A stretch of 64,000 nt of DNA, from positions 1,944-65,943 of the forward strand of contig JACMQW010000037.1 of assembly GCA_014376785.1 (NCBI GenBank), in the 5' to 3' direction. The position numbers were made by a program, and so were the translations under genes. Below are positions 19,154 to 26,334 of this stretch, piece after piece. The notes below the pieces were generated by a model. The model did no database searches. It saw only the letters and a program-made list of their open reading frames with translations, and had not been told where the DNA came from. Source of the DNA: Oligoflexia bacterium. GTDB lineage: Bacteria; Bdellovibrionota; UBA1018. Each line of letters opens with the position of its first letter. Positions within the stretch are counted from its first letter, which is position 1.

Positions 19154-19903
19154 TTATTCGCGGATAACGTCTGTTGCGGGTGGGGTGGCGAAATGGAAAA
19201 AAGCGTCCGCCATTTTCGAACCCAAAGTCACATTCGAGAGAGTGATCGCCGAGTGATTTCCTCCAGTGTGTTCGAGAGTCAGCTTTTCGATGACCCCCTT
19301 AGCGGGATCAATCTCGATTTCAGCAGACTTCACTGTCCCGGCGACGCCTTCCGCAGGAATCAGTTTGAAACGACGGGAAGACAGTTTCGTGATTTCCACG
19401 CCATGCATTTTCGAGAATGCTCCCGAAAGAACGTGATTTGCGAGTTCTGATTGAACTTCGGAGGTCTTGCGCTCGATGACTTGACCGCGTTCCCCGGCTT
19501 CGAACGGAGGCGTGTAAAACCAAAATTTACTTCCGTCTGAAACGAGCAAGTTTTTATCGGGCTTTAAGGTTTCCCAACGAAACTGATTTGGATGTCGAAT
19601 CATCAAAACCCCACTCGCTACTTTCTGAGTACCCGTGAGTTTGATGTCGTCCTTCTGCGCGAAATCCGCCTGCAGAGTTTTAGCGGCGACATATTTTCTT
19701 TCAATCACTGCCAGTTCGTCAGGAACGATGACCGGCTTTAGTGCTGGCTTGGTTTTCGCCTTTTCGTGTGCGGAAAAAACTTGGAATTTTTTTTCCGTCG
19801 CAATCGTTTGATCAGCGAAGAGCTGGAGAAAAAGGAAACCGGCCGCCACGAGAATCGCAAAGTGACGGGAGCGGTCGGAAGGAATTAAACTGGGAGGTTC
19901 CAT
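19154..19903 (-). CDS. Outer-membrane lipoprotein carrier LolA-like protein
   Basis: 249 aa with signal peptide. LolA-like pattern ...LQADFAQ...GVLMIRHPNQFRWET...LLVSDGSKFWFYTPP. Confidence 0.65.
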   Translation of the reverse strand: MEPPSLIPSDRSRHFAILVAAGFLFLQLFADQTIATEKKFQVFSAHEKAKTKPALKPVIVPDELAVIERKYVAAKTLQADFAQKDDIKLTGTQKVASGVLMIRHPNQFRWETLKPDKNLLVSDGSKFWFYTPPFEAGERGQVIERKTSEVQSELANHVLSGAFSKMHGVEITKLSSRRFKLIPAEGVAGTVKSAEIEIDPAKGVIEKLTLEHTGGNHSAITLSNVTLGSKMADAFFHFATPPATDVIRE

Positions 19904-19980
19904 AGTGAAGATTGTAGAGCGTTTTCGGTCGATTGGTAAAACCGCGTTGCGTTAATTATTTTTTCGGTAAGAAGCATATT

Positions 19981-20023
19981 GAAAAAAGAGGCGATGCCTT
20001 ACCCAAAGGGTGGCATCGCCTCT
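19981..20023 (-). terminator. Rho-independent terminator downstream of smc
   Basis: 12-bp perfect stem AGAGGCGATGCC / GGCATCGCCTCT (19987-19998 with 20012-20023), followed on the minus strand by TTTTTT. Confidence 0.8.
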
Positions 20024-20059
20024 ATAATGAAAGTTTCGTGCCGCTGGGGAAGTCCCAGA

Positions 20060-23000
20060 TCAGTGCATTTCGATCGATACCATTTTAGACACTCCTGGCT
20101 CTTCCATCGTTACGCCGTAAAGAGTGTCATTCAGCTCCATCGTCTTCTTGTTGTGGGTGATGATAATGAACTGGGACTTCGAAGACATTTCACGTAGGAG
20201 CGCGTTAAATTTTCCGATGTTTGCGTCGTCCAGCGGGGCGTCCACTTCGTCAAGGATACAGAATGGTGAAGGCTTCACCATGAAGATCGCGAAAATGAGT
20301 GAGACGGCGGTTAAGGCCTTCTCGCCTCCGGACAGAAGTCCGATGTTGACGACCTTTTTACCCGGAGGCTGAGCAAGGATATCAATTCCCGCTTCAAGAA
20401 TATCCTCGGAACCTTCAGGGTAAACGAGTGAAAGTTTCGCTTGGCCGCCTCCGAAAATAATTGGGAAAAGGCGCTCAAATCGGTCGCGAATCGCTTCGAA
20501 CGCTTTTTGGAAGCGTTCTTCCGAGGTTTTGTTGATGTGTTCGATTGCTTCGTTCAAGTCTTCGATCGACTTCAGCAGATCGCTTTTTTCCGTGTTTAAG
20601 TAGTCGAAGCGTTTTTTCTTCTCGTCGTATTCTTCGACCGCAGTTGGATTGACGTCGCCGAGACGACGAATGCGCTCGCGGAGTCGCTCCACTTCTTCAG
20701 AAAGAATTTGCTCCTCTTCTGAAGACATCTCGAGAGTGACCACTGGATCGTTCATCTCTTCTTGAATCGGAGACAGCGCCACTGCGTCGATGCAGCCGGG
20801 CCCGTATTTCTCTTCCAAGTTTTGGATGAGGTGAGAGAGGTCGGCCGTTAAGCGTTCGATATCCAGGGCGAACTGGTTTGCCGCGTGGGTCTTAGAATCC
20901 CCTTCAGAGTGGAGTTCCTTGGTTCGGGAGAGGGAACCGCCGACTTTCTCAGAGATCACTTCGAGGCGGTCTCGTAGCATCGAAAATTCTTCGCGCTGTT
21001 CGGAAAGCTCTCGGGTGAGGTCCTCGATTTTCGTGATGAAGTCCTCGTCGCCACCGGTGTGTTCTTCATTTTCTGACTGTGCGCGGTCGAGTTGTCGAGT
21101 GACGTCGTTTAAGCGACGTTCGCGGTCGCGGATGAGGCCGAGCCCCGCCTCGAGCTCGCGTCGTACAGAGTGAGCTCGTTCCTTCAGCCCAGCTTCTTGA
21201 ATTCTAAGAAGTTGGAGAGCAGCTTCTTGCTCACGGAACGCCACTTCAAGTTCTGCGTAGCGATCTTCGCCGCTTAAAATTTTCTCTTCAAGCGTGGAGC
21301 GATTCTCAGCAATCGCCGTCATTTCGGCTGAAGACTCTTCCTTCTCAGTTGCCGCGCGACTTGCGTCCGACTTCAGACGATCCAGTTCACCGTCGATCGT
21401 CGATGCTTGTCCTTCGAGGTCTCGGCGCTGCCGATTTGCACTCTCGACATCACGTTCGATTTTTGCGGACTCGATTTCTGCGGCTTGGAGGTCCATTCGA
21501 ATGGAGGCGAGTCGGCCCTTATCCAGTTCGTTTGCTTCGCTGAGGGCTTGCATCTCTTCTTCTATCTGAGCGTAGGTCGCTTCGAGCGTCGTCACTTCGA
21601 CGGTCAGATCTTCAATGGACTTCTTTCGTCCAAGCAAAGAAGCCGAACGATCATTCGAAACCGCGCCTCCGCGAAGGATGCCGTCCCGATCGATGGCACT
21701 TCCGTCTCGAGCGACAATCGAAACGCCGCCGAGTAGCGAAAGCGAGTTCGATTTCAGAAAGGAGGCGAGGGGTGAAAGGTCTTCAACGACGATCGCCTGG
21801 CTGAGCACGGCCAAAACGGATGCCGCGGTATTTTTCGCTAATTTGTCATTGGTCTGAATAAAATCGGACAGAGGTCCGAGCACTGTGAATCCGTGTTCCT
21901 TCAGAGTTTGAACGGCAGAATGTGAAGGCTTCTCAGGGGCTGCTGAAGAAACGAGAATTCCCGCTCTTCCCTGGGAGTGGGTCCCTAACGCCCGGAGTGC
22001 TTGAATCGCAGTGTCGACATCTTCGCTGACGAGGGCTTCAAGTTTTCCTTCCAGGAAACCTTCGAGTGCGGATTCGAACCCTGCTTGGATGTCGAGACCT
22101 TCCGCTAAAGTACGGAGAGCCGATTCTTTTCCATTTTCCTTCGCCCAGTCCAGAACGGAGCGGGGGCCATCGCTATAACCTTCGAGCGAAGCGGCTAATT
22201 CTTCTAAAGATTGAAGCTTGGCTTTTTGTTTCAGAAGGAGTCGGTTGGCTTCTTCGGATTGGCGTCGCTTTGCACGGAGTTCTTGTTCTTTTGCGTCCAG
22301 TGCTGAAGCGGCGGAGCGAGACTCCGATTGGAGCGAGGTTTTCTTCTCTCGGGCAATCTCTGCTTCTTCATTCACTCGATCGCTTTCGGCGACCGCGATT
22401 TCAGTTTTTTCACCGAGGCTCGAAGCCTGGACGGCGAGGCGTTCGACCTGGGCTTGGGTAGATTCGATCTTCGATTCGAGCGCGGCAATCCGTGAGTTTA
22501 GGTCGGATGCCTTTGCAATCCCGCTCATCAAATCACGTTTAGCGGACTCGAGCGATCGGCGCGCATCTTCGGTCTGCGCCCGGGCGATTCGAACTTCGTC
22601 GTCTAAGTCAGATACTCGAGCTGCGGAAGCTTCGAATTCTTCGGCCGCGTTTTCATTCTCAGAGGTCAGCCCCGAAATTTTTTCACGTTCGCCGGCGATC
22701 GCGGTTTCAAGGTCCGCCTTTTCCGCAGTCAGTGCTTCTAGCTGCGTGGAAAGATCGGATTGGCGCCTTCGGGACAAATCCAGAGCCGCTTGAGCGCGCG
22801 TCAGGTTCGCTGATTTTTCCGTGATGCGCGCACCGAGCTCTTCGGTCATTTTAGACAGCGTGAGTTGCTCGATTCGGTCGGTCTCGCTCGACAGTTCTTC
22901 AGTCGAGAGTTCCGCGCGCAGACTGGTCAAATCGAGTTCGAGAGTTTCGCGTCGACCGCGAAGATCATCCAATCGCGCACGCAGGACGCGATTTTTCCGA

Positions 23001-23734
23001 CGACCCCAGGTCATTTCTTTATCGAGAAGTTCTTCTTTGTATTTTTTGTACTGAGATGCCTTCTGAGCTTGGCGCTCTAAGGAGTTCACGCTTCGTTCGA
23101 GTTCCGTGACGACGTCATTTAAGCGGGCGAGGTTGGCTTGCGCCGCTTCCATCTTCCGTAGAGATTCTTTTTTGCGCGCTTTGTACTTCGCGATTCCCGC
23201 GGCTTCTTCGATCAGAACGCGGCGGTCTTCTGGCTTGGCGTTCACGATTTTTCCGATTTGTCCCTGCTCGATGATGGAATAGCCCTTCGCGCCCACTCCG
23301 GTGTCCATGAAAAGTTCATGAATGTCTTTTAGTCGAGCTTGAACCCCGTTGATGAAGTATTCGCCTTCGCCAGTACGGTATACTCGTCGCGTGACAGCGA
23401 TTTCTTTGGTGCGCAGGTGAAGGGGTAGGTCTTTCGCGGATGCTCCCGCGGGAGCATTCTCGGTATCGACAAAATCAGTTTCCAGAACCAACGTCGCTTC
23501 AGCGAGTCCAAGGGGTGAGTAACGGGAAGAGCCGTTAAAGATGAGGTCTTCTGAGCCGTTTGCGCGAATGTGCTTATGGGACTGTTCACCCATGACCCAA
23601 AAAAAAGCGTCGACGATATTCGATTTTCCGCAGCCGTTTGGTCCGACGATTCCCGTAATGGAATGATCGAAATGAATGACTGTCTTATCTTTAAAGGATT
23701 TGAATCCTTGAACTTCCAACCGCTTAACGCGCAT
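20060..23734 (-). CDS. smc: Chromosome segregation protein SMC
   Basis: About 1224 aa. N-terminal Walker A GPNGCGKSN, long coiled coils, a hinge, and C-terminal LSGGEKALTAVSL plus Walker B FCILDEVDAPLD. The track start is a TTG at 23755. I prefer the ATG at 23734 (MRVKRLEVQGFKSF) with GGGGGAG 5-6 nt upstream. Confidence 0.9.
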   Translation of the reverse strand: MRVKRLEVQGFKSFKDKTVIHFDHSITGIVGPNGCGKSNIVDAFFWVMGEQSHKHIRANGSEDLIFNGSSRYSPLGLAEATLVLETDFVDTENAPAGASAKDLPLHLRTKEIAVTRRVYRTGEGEYFINGVQARLKDIHELFMDTGVGAKGYSIIEQGQIGKIVNAKPEDRRVLIEEAAGIAKYKARKKESLRKMEAAQANLARLNDVVTELERSVNSLERQAQKASQYKKYKEELLDKEMTWGRRKNRVLRARLDDLRGRRETLELDLTSLRAELSTEELSSETDRIEQLTLSKMTEELGARITEKSANLTRAQAALDLSRRRQSDLSTQLEALTAEKADLETAIAGEREKISGLTSENENAAEEFEASAARVSDLDDEVRIARAQTEDARRSLESAKRDLMSGIAKASDLNSRIAALESKIESTQAQVERLAVQASSLGEKTEIAVAESDRVNEEAEIAREKKTSLQSESRSAASALDAKEQELRAKRRQSEEANRLLLKQKAKLQSLEELAASLEGYSDGPRSVLDWAKENGKESALRTLAEGLDIQAGFESALEGFLEGKLEALVSEDVDTAIQALRALGTHSQGRAGILVSSAAPEKPSHSAVQTLKEHGFTVLGPLSDFIQTNDKLAKNTAASVLAVLSQAIVVEDLSPLASFLKSNSLSLLGGVSIVARDGSAIDRDGILRGGAVSNDRSASLLGRKKSIEDLTVEVTTLEATYAQIEEEMQALSEANELDKGRLASIRMDLQAAEIESAKIERDVESANRQRRDLEGQASTIDGELDRLKSDASRAATEKEESSAEMTAIAENRSTLEEKILSGEDRYAELEVAFREQEAALQLLRIQEAGLKERAHSVRRELEAGLGLIRDRERRLNDVTRQLDRAQSENEEHTGGDEDFITKIEDLTRELSEQREEFSMLRDRLEVISEKVGGSLSRTKELHSEGDSKTHAANQFALDIERLTADLSHLIQNLEEKYGPGCIDAVALSPIQEEMNDPVVTLEMSSEEEQILSEEVERLRERIRRLGDVNPTAVEEYDEKKKRFDYLNTEKSDLLKSIEDLNEAIEHINKTSEERFQKAFEAIRDRFERLFPIIFGGGQAKLSLVYPEGSEDILEAGIDILAQPPGKKVVNIGLLSGGEKALTAVSLIFAIFMVKPSPFCILDEVDAPLDDANIGKFNALLREMSSKSQFIIITHNKKTMELNDTLYGVTMEEPGVSKMVSIEMH

Positions 23735-23756
23735 CTGAACTCCCCCTGAACACAAA

Positions 23757-24812
23757 CTAGCAAAGGGGGGTCGAAATGCAAGCGGTGTCGAGTTTCGATT
23801 TGTGAGCTCGCCCTTTTAGGAGCGTCAGATTGGTCGTCGACTGACCTTGGGCTTTTCCCATCGAGATGCATTCTTGAATCCCGGAATGCATTTGGGTTTC
23901 GACTTTCGTGAAATGGACTCGAAAAAAAGCCTCCAAATCAAATGGGATGAAAAGTCTCGCGAGGCGGAGCGCGTTTTTTATCCCAGAACGGCTGGTCGCA
24001 GCGCGCGCCCACCATTTTCTGCCGGGATCAGTGAGGCCGAGCGCTTGTGACTGAATGGCGGTCATCTCGCGAATGCTTTCGGTTACGAGAGGAAGGTTGA
24101 TTCCATTCATGAGCTTGGAAAAAGACCATTCCGATTTTTCAAGACCAGCTACGAGCCCCCTTAAGAAGGCCTCAGAAAAAATGCTTTCGCCGACGAAGTC
24201 TTTTACCGCCTTGGAAGGCAGTCCGTGAGAATTGTAAAAATCTGCGACTTTTTCAGCGTTCGGAAGGTGGGAACAACTCCACGCTGCTTTTGCTCCAGGA
24301 GGGATGTAAAATGCATATCCCGATTCAGTGAAGTCCTCTCCTGGGAGGGGGGCAAGGTAACTCATCATCGGAATGCGTCCCCACACCACTCGATTCTCGA
24401 ATTCACTGCCGAAAACAGACTTCCCCGCATTTAAGATGAACTCTCGATCTTTCAGATTTGGCTGCAAACTCCAAATTTTCGCGGTTCCCGACGATTCAAA
24501 TAATTCTGTCAGCCACCCGTCTGCAGCCACTTTATCGGAGGGAAGTGTGATCAGCACAGCATCAAAGGACTTCATCAAACTGATTCTTTTTAATTCTTTC
24601 AGAGAGTCGATGATCGAATAGTTTTTGAAGAGGAGAGGGGCTGCAATTTTTCCGCGCCACTGATAAAGATTCAAACCCTTTTCGAGATTTTTTCGGTGCT
24701 GGGGTTTTACGAGAAACGTGACTTCGCAAGTCTCGGCTGAATCAGAAATCAACCCCGCGAGGTATCCGTAAACCGAACCGACTGCCCCTGCCCCTACGAC
24801 CAGTAACTTCAT
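23757..24812 (-). CDS. Ketopantoate reductase (ApbA/PanE)-family NAD(P)-binding oxidoreductase-like protein
   Basis: 351 aa. N-terminal Rossmann motif MKLLVVGAGAVGSVYG. The remainder is only loosely PanE-like by eye. Confidence 0.5.
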   Translation of the reverse strand: MKLLVVGAGAVGSVYGYLAGLISDSAETCEVTFLVKPQHRKNLEKGLNLYQWRGKIAAPLLFKNYSIIDSLKELKRISLMKSFDAVLITLPSDKVAADGWLTELFESSGTAKIWSLQPNLKDREFILNAGKSVFGSEFENRVVWGRIPMMSYLAPLPGEDFTESGYAFYIPPGAKAAWSCSHLPNAEKVADFYNSHGLPSKAVKDFVGESIFSEAFLRGLVAGLEKSEWSFSKLMNGINLPLVTESIREMTAIQSQALGLTDPGRKWWARAATSRSGIKNALRLARLFIPFDLEAFFRVHFTKVETQMHSGIQECISMGKAQGQSTTNLTLLKGRAHKSKLDTACISTPLC

Positions 24813-24838
24813 CGGATTACTCTGCGCGGTTTTTTTGC

Positions 24839-24880
24839 AAAAAAAAAGGGGTCCGGAGAGCTGATCGGCTCTCGGACCCC
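24839..24880 (-). terminator. Strong rho-independent terminator
   Basis: Minus strand GGGGTCCGAGAGC-CGAT-CAGCTCTCCGGACCCC hairpin followed by a run of nine T. Confidence 0.85.
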
Positions 24881-25029
24881 AGAATCGTACTCGAGTTTCC
24901 TCGAAGACTGGCGGACTCAGAGGTCCACCTATATTTTTTCCGTTGCAAGGTCGTTGAGATCTCTTTCACTCTCCTACTTTGAGAACGGCTCCCGCCGTGA
25001 ACCCACCCGCAAATCGGTATTTTATTTAA
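24841..25029 (-). ncRNA. Candidate ~190-nt structured small RNA (unclassified)
   Basis: Minus-strand sigma70-like promoter TTGATC-N18-TAAAAT (25065-25036). Downstream are hairpins ACGGC-GGGA-GCCGT and TCGAG-GAAA-CTCGA (GNRA-type loops), GGAC-CTCTGA-GTCC, then the intrinsic terminator. No ORF with a start codon. Hallmarks of tmRNA, RNase P, SRP and c-di-GMP-I RNA were not found by eye. Confidence 0.25.
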
Positions 25030-25168
25030 TTTTAGATTTTATGATTTAGGTCCAGATCTGATCAAAGATCCTTTCCTTAATTAGCTGGTCGCAGTCCCCT
25101 GTCGCGAACAAGAGATTCGTCAGCTCGCGAGCGCCGTAAGGTCCTTAGTCCGGTCGGCTTTGCTCACG

Positions 25169-25252
25169 CTATTTCGCTTTTGGCGGTCCATGCTCACGGA
25201 CCTTAAGTTCCAATAATTTCGAGTAAACTTTGAAGCGTTTTGCTTCTTTCAT
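25169..25252 (-). CDS. Candidate 27-aa small protein (MKEAKRFKVYSKLLELKVREHGPPKAK)
   Basis: GGAGGA at 25262-25267 lies 9 nt upstream of the ATG at 25252, and the stop is TAG at 25169-25171. No recognisable family. Confidence 0.3.
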   Translation of the reverse strand: MKEAKRFKVYSKLLELKVREHGPPKAK

Positions 25253-25288
25253 CTGCTTACGTCCTCCATCAGACTGGGTTACTTCTAT

Positions 25289-25316
25289 AGATTACCAAAT
25301 AAGTCAGGTATTGCAA
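25289..25316 (-). promoter_or_regulatory. Sigma70-like promoter candidate for the small ORF
   Basis: Minus strand TTGCAA (25316-25311), 16-nt spacer, TAATCT (25294-25289), ~35 nt upstream of the SD-led micro-ORF. Confidence 0.3.
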
Positions 25317-25377
25317 GGTGAAAAACTGAATTATTTTTTAGATTTCGAAATCTACTCGAATAGGTTCGATTTGAGGT

Positions 25378-26334
25378 TTAAAAGTGGATTTGAAACCGAG
25401 CACCGAATGTCATGTAGCTCACGCTTCGGACGGCTTCGAGGGTGTCCAAGGTAGGAGTGGTTTGCTGGATTGTTACTTTCAAAGGGCCTGGCTTGAAGTA
25501 ACGGAGAAAAAGTCCGACGTCGAACTGGTCGCTCAGAGCGTAGTCGGCACCTGCTACCACCCCGATTAAAGTGGAAGAAGCGGTCTGTTGTTTGGTCGCT
25601 GTTCCATTTCCCTGAATGGTTCCGGTTGCCGCATTTTCGGCTAAGAAAAAGAGGCCGACGGTCGGGCCGAAATAATATTCTAGAGAGGGGCTGCCTCTTA
25701 TAATGAATTCTGGACTGATGCCGATATAAGAGGTTTCGTTCCCCACTGAGCTGCTCTCTTGAAGTTGAGAAACTCCGATCTCACCCGCGACCCGGAACAT
25801 GTGTGAAACGCGGTAGCTCGCGTCGCCGATGAAATTAAAGCTCCCCGTGTAAGGATTGGCAGCTTCGTCGGAAGCGCCCGTGCTGGCGCGAGTGATTTTC
25901 GTCGTTCCTTTAGGAGAGATATTCAAACCAAGCGCGACCGATGCCGCCCACTTTCCTCGTTGGTCGAGTAATGATTTTCCGCGAGGTTTCGCCGCGCTCG
26001 CGCGTCGCGCGACCGGCTTGGAAGGCTGAGTGGCCGGAGCGGCTGTCACCGCAGGCTGACCATCACCCGGGATGCCTGCTCCGACGCACTTCTGATTCAC
26101 TCCGTAAGTGCCCTGGTCGGTCTTGAAAACCGTGAATTTTTCATTTTTCAAAATCTGTGAATTTGAAAGTTGCATGCCTTCGAACGCAGCAGCGTCTTCA
26201 GCGGCCCAAGCCTTATTTTCGAGTCGATAGAGTTTACACCCCGTCGAAAAATCTAGCGTTCGGTCCGAAGCCGATGCGAGTGAAGATACTAAGCATAAGA
26301 GGCTCCCCAGCCAACCGAGCGACCTAATTCTCAT
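25378..26334 (-). CDS. Outer-membrane beta-barrel protein (small N-terminal domain, Pro/Ala linker, OmpA-like 8-strand-type barrel)
   Basis: 318 aa. Signal peptide ...SSLASA, linker PAVTAAPATQPSKP, alternating-hydrophobicity strands and a C-terminal ...GARFQIHF ending in Phe. Confidence 0.6.
   Translation of the reverse strand: MRIRSLGWLGSLLCLVSSLASASDRTLDFSTGCKLYRLENKAWAAEDAAAFEGMQLSNSQILKNEKFTVFKTDQGTYGVNQKCVGAGIPGDGQPAVTAAPATQPSKPVARRASAAKPRGKSLLDQRGKWAASVALGLNISPKGTTKITRASTGASDEAANPYTGSFNFIGDASYRVSHMFRVAGEIGVSQLQESSSVGNETSYIGISPEFIIRGSPSLEYYFGPTVGLFFLAENAATGTIQGNGTATKQQTASSTLIGVVAGADYALSDQFDVGLFLRYFKPGPLKVTIQQTTPTLDTLEAVRSVSYMTFGARFQIHF

Noticed and set aside
25336-25349. Perfect palindrome AGATTTCGAAATCT just after the outer-membrane protein gene, as a terminator
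   Set aside because: The 7-bp AT-rich stem has no loop and no T-tract in the transcribed direction. It is too weak to call, though it could be a protein-binding site.
24813-25377. Possibility that the large gap encodes tmRNA, RNase P RNA, SRP RNA, 6S RNA or a c-di-GMP-I riboswitch
   Set aside because: I searched both strands by eye for GGGG...TCCACCA with a T-arm (tmRNA), GAGGAAAGTCCGG / ACAGAA.CCGGCTTA (RNase P), AGGTCCGGAAGGAAGCAGC (SRP) and ACGCAAAGC (GEMM-I), and found none. Only a covariance-model scan can settle this.
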